A stretch of DNA of 64,000 nucleotides from Mycobacteriales bacterium (lineage in GTDB: Bacteria; Actinomycetota; Actinomycetes; BP-191). The position numbers and the translations under genes are program-made. The stretch covers positions 31,785 to 95,784 of the forward strand of contig DASTMB010000064.1 in the NCBI GenBank assembly GCA_035714365.1, in the 5' to 3' direction. Positions 1 to 8,416 of this stretch are shown here, one piece after another (positions within the stretch are counted from its first letter, which is position 1; each line of letters opens with the position of its first letter). The notes under the pieces were generated by a model. The model was not told the origin of the DNA. It worked only from the letters and a program-made list of their open reading frames with translations, and ran no database searches.

Positions 1-522
1 GCGGCGCAGCAGGTACAGCACGTGCGGCCAGCCCGCGTGCACGACGTCGCCCGCGAACGTCATGCCGAGGCGTTCCATCACCGCGCGGGAGCGGGCGTTG
101 TCCGGCAGCGTCACCGCCGCGACCTCCGGCAGGCCGAGGCCCTCGAACGCGTAGCGGATCCCGCCGCGGGCCGCCTCCGTCGCGTAGCCGCGGCCCCACA
201 CGTCCGGGTGCAGCCGCCAGCCGAGGTCCAGGTAGGGCAGGTGGTCGAACGGCTTGAGCACCAGCAGCCCCACGACGCGGCCGGTGGCCTTCTCCACCAT
301 CGCGTGGAACCCCTGGCCCGCCGGCCAGCCGCGCCCGCGCCAGCCCGCGATCCGCGCGCGCTCCTCGTCCGGCCCGGTCGACGGCGCCGACTTCAGCCAG
401 TCCATCACCTGCGGGTGGCGGTGCAGCTCGTACAGCGCGCCCGCGTCCGTCTCTTCCAGCTCGCGGACCACGAGACGTTCGGTCTCCCACAGGACGGCCA
501 CGACGCGAGAGGGTAGCCGCAT
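1..522 (-). CDS. GNAT family N-acetyltransferase (RimJ/RimL-like); the C-terminal end runs off the window
   Basis: My own minus-strand translation from the start codon (CAT at 520-522) gives MRLPSRVVAVLWETERLVVRELEETDAGALYELHRHPQVM...LHPDVWGRGYATEAARGGIRYAFEGLGL...LPDNARSRAVMERLGMTFAGDVV. The frame is open to position 1, so it is absent from the ORF track. The sequence has a typical GNAT core. Confidence 0.75.
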   Translation of the reverse strand, partial: MRLPSRVVAVLWETERLVVRELEETDAGALYELHRHPQVMDWLKSAPSTGPDEERARIAGWRGRGWPAGQGFHAMVEKATGRVVGLLVLKPFDHLPYLDLGWRLHPDVWGRGYATEAARGGIRYAFEGLGLPEVAAVTLPDNARSRAVMERLGMTFAGDVVHAGWPHVLYLLRR

Positions 523-937
523 GGCAGCGATCCCCGAGACGGTCCGCGCGGTGCTCGACGCGTCGCCGCTGGGCCACCTCGTCACCCTCAACGCCGACGG
601 CTCGCCGCAGGTCAGCGTCGTCTGGGTCGGCGTCGAGGACGGTGAGCTGGTCGCCGGCTCCCTCGGCGCCCGGCAGAAGCTCCGCAACGTCGAGCGCGAC
701 CCGCGCGTCGCCGTGTCGTTCGAGACGGACCGGTCGAACGAGATCGGCCTGCGCGAGTACCTCGTCGTGCACGGCCGGGCGCGGGTGACCGAGGGCGGCG
801 CGCCGGAGCTGCTGCAACGGCTCGCGCGCGGCTACCTCGGCCCGGACGTGCCGTTCCCGCCGATGGCGGACCCGCCGCCCGGGTACGTGCTGCGGATCGC
901 GCCGGAGCGGTACGGCGGCCTCGGCCCCTGGGCGTAG
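521..937 (+). CDS. PPOX-class (pyridoxamine 5'-phosphate oxidase fold), probably F420-dependent oxidoreductase
   Basis: An internal ATG at 521 in ORF 254..937 gives MAAIPETVRAVLDASPLGHLVTLNADGSPQVSVVWVGVEDGELV...RVAVSFE...EYLVVHGRARV. The upstream part of that ORF is Arg/Ser-rich junk that overlaps the GNAT gene. Confidence 0.7.
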   Translation: MAAIPETVRAVLDASPLGHLVTLNADGSPQVSVVWVGVEDGELVAGSLGARQKLRNVERDPRVAVSFETDRSNEIGLREYLVVHGRARVTEGGAPELLQRLARGYLGPDVPFPPMADPPPGYVLRIAPERYGGLGPWA

Positions 938-1021
938 CGCGTCGCCGCCCGCGCCCGCCCCTGCTGCCGCCCGCCAGGGCCCGCCCTTCCCGCCTCCCCT
1001 CCCGCCGCCCGTCCCGGCGCA

Positions 1022-1087
1022 CTACTGGTGAGTAGCGACGTCGCCGTTCACCGAACGCCGCGTCGGCCGGTCGCTACTCACCAGTAG
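1022..1087. repeat. Perfect 18-bp inverted repeat (CTACTGGTGAGTAGCGAC / GTCGCTACTCACCAGTAG) with a 30-nt loop; candidate bidirectional terminator or insulator hairpin
   Basis: The arms lie at 1022-1039 and 1070-1087. The loop contains a nested CGTTC-acc-GAACG hairpin. The flanks are a C-rich tract (about 960-1020) and a roughly complementary G-rich tract (about 1090-1145). Confidence 0.6.
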
Positions 1088-1170
1088 CCGCCGCGCGGGG
1101 GGCGGGAGGCGGGTGGCGCGGGCGTGGGGGAGGCGGCGTAGGCGCGCCGGACGGCGTGTCGGGGACGCAC

Positions 1171-1199
1171 TTGTACTCGAACATGTGTTCGAATACTCT
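1171..1199 (+). promoter_or_regulatory. Putative sigma-70-type promoter of the imuA'-imuB-dnaE2 operon (-35 TTGTAC, 17-nt spacer, -10 TACTCT); geometry implies a leaderless mRNA
   Basis: TTGTAC lies at 1171-1176 and TACTCT at 1194-1199. The ATG at 1206 begins 7 nt after the -10 hexamer and there is no Shine-Dalgarno sequence in between. Confidence 0.55.
1177..1192. promoter_or_regulatory. LexA SOS box, TCGAAC-ATGT-GTTCGA
   Basis: This is a perfect match to the actinobacterial/mycobacterial LexA operator consensus TCGAAC-N4-GTTCGA. It lies entirely within the promoter spacer, 14 nt upstream of the imuA' ATG. Confidence 0.85.
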
Positions 1200-1205
1200 T
1201 GACCC

Positions 1206-1883
1206 ATGCCCGCCGCACTCGAGGACCTCCGCGAACGGCTCGCGCAGCCGCCGTCCCGGCCGGACGAGGTCCTGCCGGTGCGGGAGCCGCTCGACGCGCT
1301 GTTCCCGCGCCGCGGTCTGGTGCGGGGGAGCGTGGTATCGGTCGAGGGGTCGCTGTGGCTGGCGCTGGCCGTCGCGGCCGCGGCGAGCGAGGCCGGGTCG
1401 TGGTGCGCCGTCGTGGGCATGCGCGACCTGGGTGCCGCGGCGGCGGCCGAGTGCGGCATCGACCTCAACCGGCTGGTGCTCGTGCCGAGCCCCGGCGGGC
1501 AGTGGGCGACGGTGGTCGCCGCGCTGCTCGACGGGTTCGACCTGGTGCTCGTCGAGCCGTCGCGCGACGTCCGCGCCGGCGAGGCGCGGCGGCTGGCGGC
1601 GCGGGCGAGGGAGCGGCGTTCGGTGCTGATGCCGCTCGGCCCCGCGTGGCCGGAGACGGTCGACCTGCGGCTGCGCGTGGACGACTCGTCGTTCAGCGGC
1701 CTCCAGCGCGGCTACGGCCGGATCGCCGCGCGGCACTGCCGGATCGCGTCGTACGGCCGCGGCGCCGCCGCCCGCGAGCGCCGCGTCACGACGTCGCTCC
1801 CCCAGCCGGGGGTGCCGCCCGCCGCCGTCGCTCGCGCACGGCCCCTACCGGTGGGCGGCACCCCTACTTCCTCCACGGCGTGA
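1206..1883 (+). CDS. imuA: ImuA'-like (RecA-fold, SOS mutasome accessory) protein
   Basis: The 225-aa ORF reads MPAALEDLRERLAQ...GLVRGSVVSVEGSLWLALAVAAAASEAGSWCAVVGMRDLGAAAAAECGIDLNRLVLVP. It is the first gene of a three-gene cassette with imuB and dnaE2 behind an SOS box. Confidence 0.75.
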   Translation: MPAALEDLRERLAQPPSRPDEVLPVREPLDALFPRRGLVRGSVVSVEGSLWLALAVAAAASEAGSWCAVVGMRDLGAAAAAECGIDLNRLVLVPSPGGQWATVVAALLDGFDLVLVEPSRDVRAGEARRLAARARERRSVLMPLGPAWPETVDLRLRVDDSSFSGLQRGYGRIAARHCRIASYGRGAAARERRVTTSLPQPGVPPAAVARARPLPVGGTPTSSTA

Positions 1884-2011
1884 ACGGCGTGGCTTCCCCC
1901 ACCGCGTGCCGCGCTCCCCGGGCGACCGGGACGCGCGGGACGGGTGACGTCGCTCCGCGTCCCGCCGACCCGGCCGCTCGACGCGCCCGGGGGTCTGGAG
2001 CCCCATGAGTC

Positions 2012-3559
2012 ATGGCCGTCCGTACGCTCACCGCCTGGTGCCCCGACTGGCCCCTCGCGGCCGCCGGCATCGCCCCTGACGTCCCCGCCGCCGTGCTGTC
2101 GGGGGAGGAGGTGCTGGCCTGCACCGCCGCGGCCCGCGCCGACGGCGTCCGCCGCGGCCTGCGCCGCCGCGAGGCGCAACGCCGCAGCCCCGGCATCCGC
2201 CTGCTCCCGCGCGACGGCGACGCCGAGGCGAGGGCGTTCGAGCCGGTCGTCGCCTCGCTCGACAGCATCTGCCCGCGCGTCGAGGTGGTGCGGCCGGGGA
2301 CGGTGGTGTTCGCGACCAAGGGGCCGTCCCGCTACTTCGGCGGCGACGTGTCGCTCGCCGGCCTCGTCGCCGGGCAGCTCGACGACGCCGTCACCGGCCT
2401 CCCGGGCGTCGTGCGCGCGGCGCCGTGCCAGGTCGGCGTCGCCGACGGGCTGTTCGCGTCCCGGCTCGCCGCGCGGCAGGGGACGGTGGTGCCGCTGGGC
2501 GGCAGCGCGGCGTTCCTCGCGCCGTTCCCGGTGGCGGCGCTGGACCGGCCGGAGCTGGCCGACCTGCTGGTGCGGCTCGGGCTGCGCACGCTCGGCGCGT
2601 TCGCCGGGCTGCCGGCGTCGCGGGTGGCCTCCCGCTTCGGCGCCGACGGCCTGCTCGCGCACCGCCTCGCCCGCGGCCTGGACGAACGCCCCCTCGCCGC
2701 CCGCGAGATCCCGCCCGACCTCGCCGTCGAGTCGGAGGTCGACCCGCCGGCGGACCAGGTCGAGCCGCTCGCGTTCCTCGCCAAGACGCTCGCCGACACG
2801 CTGCGCGACGAGCTGGAGCACCGCGGCCTGGTCTGCACGCGGGTGCTGGTCGAGGCGGAGACCGAGCACGGCGAGACGCGCGGCCGGCTGTGGCGCCACG
2901 ACGGCGCCCTCACCGCTAACGCCGTCGCGCAACGCGTCCGCTGGCAGCTCGCGGGCTGGCTCGCCGGCCCGGCCGGCGACCGGCCCACCGCCGGCATCAC
3001 CCGGCTGCGCCTGGTGCCGGACGAGGTCCACCTCGACACCGGGCAGCAGCTCCCGCTCTGGGGCGGCGCCACCGATGCCGACGAACGCGCCGCCGACGCG
3101 CTCGCGCGCCTGCAGGGGCTGCTCGGCTTCGACGCCGTCCGGGTCGCCGTCCCGGCCGGGGGCCGCGCGCCCGACGAGACCGTCCGCCTCGTGCCGTGGG
3201 GGGAGCCCAAGGGGACGGTCTTCGACGGGACGCCGCCCTGGCCGGGGCGGCTGCCGGCCCCGTCGCCGTCGCTGGTGTACACCGACCCGCTGCCGTCGTC
3301 GGTGTGGGACCGGGCGGGCGCCGTCGTCACCGTGGACGACCGCGGCGAGCTGTCCGCGCCGCCCGCGCGGGTCGAGGTGCACAAGGCCGGCCGCGCCGGC
3401 GTCGTCGACTGGGCCGGCCCGTGGCCGGTGGACGAACGCTGGTGGGACGCCGGCGCCGCCCGCACCTCGGCGCGGGTGCAGGTCGTCACCGACGACGGCG
3501 CGGCGCGGCTGTTCGCCCGCGCGTACGGCGGCTGGTGGGTCGAGGCGGCCTACGACTGA
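2012..3559 (+). CDS. imuB: ImuB, Y-family-polymerase-like mutasome adaptor
   Basis: The 515-aa ORF reads MAVRTLTAWCPDWPLAAAG...EEVLACTAAARADGVRRGLRRREAQRRSP...VVRPGTVVFATKGPSRYFGG. The N-terminus is typical of ImuB, and the gene sits between imuA' and dnaE2. Confidence 0.85.
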   Translation: MAVRTLTAWCPDWPLAAAGIAPDVPAAVLSGEEVLACTAAARADGVRRGLRRREAQRRSPGIRLLPRDGDAEARAFEPVVASLDSICPRVEVVRPGTVVFATKGPSRYFGGDVSLAGLVAGQLDDAVTGLPGVVRAAPCQVGVADGLFASRLAARQGTVVPLGGSAAFLAPFPVAALDRPELADLLVRLGLRTLGAFAGLPASRVASRFGADGLLAHRLARGLDERPLAAREIPPDLAVESEVDPPADQVEPLAFLAKTLADTLRDELEHRGLVCTRVLVEAETEHGETRGRLWRHDGALTANAVAQRVRWQLAGWLAGPAGDRPTAGITRLRLVPDEVHLDTGQQLPLWGGATDADERAADALARLQGLLGFDAVRVAVPAGGRAPDETVRLVPWGEPKGTVFDGTPPWPGRLPAPSPSLVYTDPLPSSVWDRAGAVVTVDDRGELSAPPARVEVHKAGRAGVVDWAGPWPVDERWWDAGAARTSARVQVVTDDGAARLFARAYGGWWVEAAYD

Positions 3560-3719
3560 TGACACGTGCCGCCCGCCCCGCCGGACCTGCTGCGCGACGC
3601 CGTGACCGCGTCCGGCGGCGCCGGTCTCGTCGCGCGCAGCACCACTGCGCGCTCCTCGTCCTGCTGGCCGGCCCGCGCCCACGACGCCGCTCGCGACGGT
3701 TCGGCGAGGCGGGCGGCAC

Positions 3720-6700
3720 GTGAGCTTCGACAACCCGCCCATGCCGTGGTCGGAGCTGGAACGCCGCCTCTCCGACAAGCCGGTCGGCGACGGCAACGAC
3801 AGCCCCGCCTGGTCGCGCAAGCGCGCGCCGTACACGCCGCCGCCGGTGCCGCGCGGCCGGAGCAGCGTGCCGTACGCCGAGCTGCACGCGCACTCGCACT
3901 TCTCGTTCCTCGACGGCGCGTCCAGCCCGGAGGAGCTGGCGGAGGAGGCGGCGCGGCTCGGCCTGGCGGCGCTGGCGCTGACCGACCACGACGGGTTCTA
4001 CGGCGTCGTCCGCTTCGCCGAGGCGGCGCGCGCGGTGGGGCTGCCGACGGTGTTCGGCGCCGAGCTGAGCCTCGGCCTCACCCGGCCGCAGAACGGCGTA
4101 GCCGACCCGGAGGGCAGCCACCTCGTCGTCCTCGCCCGCGGCCCGCGCGGCTACGCGAGCCTCGCCCGCGCGATCAGCGAGGCGCAGCTCGCCGGTGCGG
4201 AGAAGGGCCGTCCGGCCTACGACCCGGCCCGCCTCGCCGAGCTGCACCGGAGGGACTGGACCGTCCTCACCGGCTGCCGCAAAGGTGCTGTGGCCCAGGC
4301 GCTGCGCGCCGGCGGCCCCGAGGCCGCCGACCGGGCGCTCGGCGAGCTGGTCGACACCTTCGGCCGCGACCGCGTCCTGGTCGAGCTGTGGGAGCGGCGC
4401 GACCCGCTCGACACCGAGCGCAACGACGCCCTGGTCGCGCTGGCCCGCCGGCACCGGCTGCCGTACGTCGCCACCAACAACGTCCACCACGCCACGCCCG
4501 CGGGCCACCGGCTGGCGACCGTCGTCGCCGCGGTCCGCGCCCGCCGCAGCCTGGACGAGGTCGACGGCTGGCTGCCCGCCAACGCCGCCGCGCACCTGCG
4601 GTCGGGGGAGGAGCAGGCGCGGCGGTTCGCGCGGTGGCCGGGCGCGGTGGAGACGGCGGCGGAGGTGGCGAAGGACTGCGCGTTCGACCTGTCGGTCGTC
4701 GCGCCGCGGCTGCCCGACTGCCCGGTGCCGGAGGGGCACACCGAGATGTCGTGGCTGCGCGAGCTGACCATGCGCGGCGCGGTCCGCCCGTACGGCACCC
4801 GCGACGCCGAGACCGCGCCCGGCGCGTACGCGATGCTCGACAAGGAGCTCGCGGTGATCGACGCGATGGGGTTCGCCGGGTACTTCCTGATCGTCCACGA
4901 CATCGTGCAGTTCTGCCGGCGCGAGAACATCTTCTGCCAGGGCCGCGGCTCCGCCGCGAACAGCGCCGTCTGCTACGTCATCGGCATCACCGCCGTCGAC
5001 GCGGTGCGGCTGAAGCTGCTGTTCGAGCGGTTCCTCTCGCCGCACCGCGACGGCCCGCCGGACATCGACCTCGACATCGAGAACGGCCGCCGCGAGGAGG
5101 TGATCCAGTACGTCTACGCCCGCTACGGCCGCGACCGCGCGGCCCAGGTCTGCAACGTCATCACCTACCGGCCGCGCAGCGCGATCCGCGAGGTGGGGCG
5201 CGCGTTCGGCTACCCGGAGGGGCAGCTCGACGTCTGGTCGCGGCACGTCGACGGCTGGGCGAGGCTGTCCGAGCAGCCGGACCTCGACGTGCCGGCGCCG
5301 GTCATGGAGCAGGCGGCGGCGTTGCAGCAGGCGCCGCGGCACCTCGGCATCCACTCCGGCGGCATGGTCGTCTGCGACCGGCCGATCCTCGAGGTCTGCC
5401 CGGTCGAGTGGGCGCGGATGCCCGGCCGCACCGTGCTCCAGTGGGACAAGGACGACTGCGCCGCGACGGGTCTGGTGAAGTTCGACCTGCTCGGGCTCGG
5501 CATGCTCACCGCGCTGCACAAGACGTTCGACCTGATGCGCGAGCACCACGGCGTCGACCTGGACCTCGCGACGATCCCGCAGGAGGACCCCGAGGTCTAC
5601 GACATGCTCTGCCGCGCCGACTCGGTCGGCGTGTTCCAGGTCGAGTCGCGGGCGCAGATGGCGACGCTGCCGCGGCTGCGCCCCAGGGAGTTCTTCGACC
5701 TCGTCATCGAGGTCGCGCTGATCCGCCCAGGCCCGATCCAGGGCGGCAGCGTCCACCCCTACCTGCGCCGCCGGCACGGCGCCGAGCCGGTCACCTACCT
5801 GCACCCGCTGCTGAAGCCGGCGCTGGAGAAGACGCTCGGCGTGCCGCTGTTCCAGGAGCAGCTCATGCAGATCGCCGTCGACGTCGCGGGCTTCACGCCC
5901 GCCGACGCCGACGAGCTGCGCATCGCCATGGGCGCCAAGCGGTCCAAGGAGCGCATGACCCGCCTCCGCGACCGGCTGATGGCCGGCATGGCCGCCAACG
6001 ACGTCCCACCGGACGTCGCGGAGCAGATCTACGACAAGCTCGTGGCGTTCGCCAACTACGGCTTCCCCGAGTCGCACTCGGTGTCGTTCGCCTACCTCGT
6101 CTACGCCAGCGCCTGGCTCAAGCTGCGCTACCCGGCGGCGTTCCTCGCCGCGCTGCTGAACTCCCAGCCGATGGGGTTCTACTCGCCGCAGTCGCTCGTC
6201 GCCGACGCCCGCCGGCACGGCGTCACCGTCCGCGGCGTCGACGTCAACGCCTCCCGCGCCGACGCCGACCTCGAGCCCGACGGCGCCGTGCGGCTCGGCC
6301 TGTCCTACGTGCGCTCGCTCTCCAAGACCGTCGCCGAACGCATCGAGGAGGGGCGGCCGTACGCGTCCATGGCCGAGCTGGTCCGCCGCGTCCCGCTCTC
6401 CCAGCGGCAGCTCGAGACGCTCGCGACGGCGGGCGCGTTCGGCTGCTTCGGCCTGGACCGGCGCGGCGCGCTGTGGGCGGCCGGCGCCGTCGCCGCCGGC
6501 ACCCCCGACCGCCTCGCCGGCGTCGTCGTCGGCGCCGAGCCGCCGCCGCTGCCGCCGATGACACCGGTCGAGGAGGTCGTCGCCGACGTCTGGGCCACGG
6601 GGGTGTCCGCCGACCGGCACGTGGTGTCGTTCGTCCGTGACCGGCTCGCCGAGGTCGGCGCCGTCAACGCCGCCGACCTGCGCGGCCTGCCCGACCGCAC

Positions 6701-6971
6701 CCGCGTCTGGGTCGGCGGCGCCGTCATCCACCGGCAGCGGCCCGCGACGGCCGGGGGGACGACGTTCGTCAACCTCGAGGACGAGACCGGCCAGATCAAC
6801 GTCATCTGCTCGCCCGGCGTCTGGCGGCGGTTCCGCCGCGTCGCGGTCGGCTCGCCGGGGCTGCTCGTCCGCGGCCGCCTGGAGAACGCCCACGGCGTCG
6901 CCAACGTCGTCGCCGACAAGCTGGAGCCGTTGCGGCTCGAGGTCACGATGCCGTCTCGGGACTTTCACTGA
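3720..6971 (+). CDS. dnaE2: Error-prone DNA polymerase III alpha homologue DnaE2
   Basis: The 1083-aa ORF has a GTG start and a PHP domain (YAELHAHSHFSFLDGAS...LTDHDGFYG), a Pol III alpha core and a C-terminal OB fold. It follows imuB in the same orientation. Confidence 0.95.
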   Translation: MSFDNPPMPWSELERRLSDKPVGDGNDSPAWSRKRAPYTPPPVPRGRSSVPYAELHAHSHFSFLDGASSPEELAEEAARLGLAALALTDHDGFYGVVRFAEAARAVGLPTVFGAELSLGLTRPQNGVADPEGSHLVVLARGPRGYASLARAISEAQLAGAEKGRPAYDPARLAELHRRDWTVLTGCRKGAVAQALRAGGPEAADRALGELVDTFGRDRVLVELWERRDPLDTERNDALVALARRHRLPYVATNNVHHATPAGHRLATVVAAVRARRSLDEVDGWLPANAAAHLRSGEEQARRFARWPGAVETAAEVAKDCAFDLSVVAPRLPDCPVPEGHTEMSWLRELTMRGAVRPYGTRDAETAPGAYAMLDKELAVIDAMGFAGYFLIVHDIVQFCRRENIFCQGRGSAANSAVCYVIGITAVDAVRLKLLFERFLSPHRDGPPDIDLDIENGRREEVIQYVYARYGRDRAAQVCNVITYRPRSAIREVGRAFGYPEGQLDVWSRHVDGWARLSEQPDLDVPAPVMEQAAALQQAPRHLGIHSGGMVVCDRPILEVCPVEWARMPGRTVLQWDKDDCAATGLVKFDLLGLGMLTALHKTFDLMREHHGVDLDLATIPQEDPEVYDMLCRADSVGVFQVESRAQMATLPRLRPREFFDLVIEVALIRPGPIQGGSVHPYLRRRHGAEPVTYLHPLLKPALEKTLGVPLFQEQLMQIAVDVAGFTPADADELRIAMGAKRSKERMTRLRDRLMAGMAANDVPPDVAEQIYDKLVAFANYGFPESHSVSFAYLVYASAWLKLRYPAAFLAALLNSQPMGFYSPQSLVADARRHGVTVRGVDVNASRADADLEPDGAVRLGLSYVRSLSKTVAERIEEGRPYASMAELVRRVPLSQRQLETLATAGAFGCFGLDRRGALWAAGAVAAGTPDRLAGVVVGAEPPPLPPMTPVEEVVADVWATGVSADRHVVSFVRDRLAEVGAVNAADLRGLPDRTRVWVGGAVIHRQRPATAGGTTFVNLEDETGQINVICSPGVWRRFRRVAVGSPGLLVRGRLENAHGVANVVADKLEPLRLEVTMPSRDFH

Positions 6972-7028
6972 CCGAACCCGCCACCGCCCCACATACTCGA
7001 ACGAGAGGGACGAGGAGAGGGAGCGCTC

Positions 7029-7628
7029 GTGGGACGTCGCTGGTGGGTTGCCGTGGTCGCGTCGCTGGTCGTCGCGGCCGGGATCGGCGCGGGCATCGGC
7101 GTCGTGACCGCGCGGCAGAAGGACACCGCCGCGCTGGTGCAGCTCGACCCGCTGCCCAGCGACCCGCCCACGCCGTCCGCGACCGCCACGCCGACGCCGA
7201 CGCCCACCCCGTCCGCCTCGAAGTCGCCCACGCCGTCGCCGACCCCCTCGCCGACGCCGAAGCCGACGCCGTCCCCCACGCCCTCGCCGACGCCGAAGCG
7301 CACGCCGTCCCCGACGCCGACCGCGCGGCGGGACGTCGCGTACGTGATCCTGCGCAACGACTTCTCCGGCACCGTGGAGGTGTTCGCGAAGGGCGGCCCG
7401 TGGACGCTGGCCGCCGGCGCGCACCGCACCGTCGAGGTCGTCCCGAGCGCCGACCACAACGACACGGTGTCCATCCGCTGGACCGCGCACCCCGAGTGCG
7501 GGCAGGGGACCGTGACCTACCTCGAGCCCGGCAAGACGTACCGGCTGGTCATCTCCACCGTCAAGCACTCCTGCACCGTCGACGGCAAGCAGCTCGACGC
7601 GCCGCAGTTCGAGATCTCGCCCGCGTAA
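7029..7628 (+). CDS. Membrane-anchored protein with a Pro/Thr/Ser-rich linker, unknown function
   Basis: GTG start preceded by a GAGGAGAGGGAG Shine-Dalgarno sequence. It has an N-terminal TM segment (WWVAVVASLVVAAGIGAGIGVV), a PTPSPTPSPTPKPTPSP linker and a roughly 100-aa C-terminal domain with 2 Cys. Confidence 0.6.
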   Translation: MGRRWWVAVVASLVVAAGIGAGIGVVTARQKDTAALVQLDPLPSDPPTPSATATPTPTPTPSASKSPTPSPTPSPTPKPTPSPTPSPTPKRTPSPTPTARRDVAYVILRNDFSGTVEVFAKGGPWTLAAGAHRTVEVVPSADHNDTVSIRWTAHPECGQGTVTYLEPGKTYRLVISTVKHSCTVDGKQLDAPQFEISPA

Positions 7629-8143
7629 CGAACGCGTCAAAAAAGTTCGTCCCGAACGTGTCCCGCTCGGGCGGTCTCACGCGTACTTCTTCATGACAGC
7701 GTGAGCCGGGGGAGGCCCACGGGGCCACGGTCGCAAGGCCGTCAGCACGCTGCCGCAGGAAGCCTCGTCTGGTGCTCGACGGCCGGCGGCGACAGGGTCG
7801 CCGCCGATCGACGAACGGCCCTCCGCTTCGGCCCCCCTACAGCCGGATCGGTGTGCCGGCGCCGCCCGGGAGCTCTCACCGGCTCCCGGGGGCGCCGCCC
7901 AGCACCCGCCGGGGCCTGCCGCGCGAGGACGCGCGGCGCCTTGCGAGAACGGTGTCGAGCATCCGCCGGCGCGTCACGGGGGTGCGCGCCGCCGGAGTCG
8001 TGGCGCCGGCGCGCGGGTGATCCTTCGTGCCCCGCGTGCCGGCGCCGGTCAACCCCCTCGCGCATTTCCCCGAATGTCCCGGTCGGGTCCCCTCGCGCGT
8101 ATCTCCTCCGCAGGCTGCTCGTTCCCAGCGCAAGGTGGCCACG

Positions 8144-8383
8144 ATGATTCGAGCTTTTGTCATGGGCGGTGCCGTCGCCGTGGCGGCGCTCACGTCCGCA
8201 CCCGCGGCGCACGCCGCCGTGTGCGAGCGCGTTGCCGTCACCGGCATCCTGCAGAGCACCCCGCCGCAGATCTGCGTCCCCTGGGGCGGCAACGACATCT
8301 GCGACAGCGGGACGATCGGGATCCCCGGGACGCTGAGCGTCTACAAGCAGATCTGCATCCCGAGCGTGTTCGGCGGGCGCTGA
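8144..8383 (+). CDS. Small secreted Cys-rich protein (79 aa precursor)
   Basis: An internal ATG at 8144 in ORF 8027..8383 gives a signal peptide MIRAFVMGGAVAVAALTSAPAAHA / AVCERV... The mature part is about 55 aa with 4 Cys. The upstream part of the ORF is non-coding-like. Confidence 0.5.
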   Translation: MIRAFVMGGAVAVAALTSAPAAHAAVCERVAVTGILQSTPPQICVPWGGNDICDSGTIGIPGTLSVYKQICIPSVFGGR

Positions 8384-8416
8384 CCGCCCGTCTGGAACGC
8401 GTACCGGCTCAGCCGG

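Noticed and set aside
6985-7010. A possible second LexA box (acatacTCGAACgagaggg) after dnaE2.
   Set aside because: Only one half-site (TCGAAC) is present. There is no GTTCGA partner at N4 spacing.
7180-7320. Repetitive ccgacgcc/ccgtcgcc DNA, together with the arrays at 16063-16206 and 51600-51900, as possible CRISPR-like or satellite arrays.
   Set aside because: All of them lie in frame inside ORFs and encode PT/PS/GT low-complexity linkers. There is no repeat-spacer organisation.
3486-7640. A 1384-aa ORF antisense to dnaE2. Similar giant antisense ORFs lie at 23851..28092, 44365..48462, 1712..3835, 12719..15214 and 52444..55050.
   Set aside because: The products are Arg/Gly/Ala/Pro/Asp-rich low-complexity sequence with no motifs. 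They are mirror images of well-supported sense genes. This is the usual open-frame artefact of very GC-rich DNA.
7960-8090. A ydaO-type (c-di-AMP) riboswitch upstream of the small secreted protein.
   Set aside because: Only short resemblances are present (ACGGGGGTG, GGGTGATCC, CCGAATG). The conserved 3' ACCUCGUAAGCG-like segment and the pseudo-two-fold architecture could not be traced.
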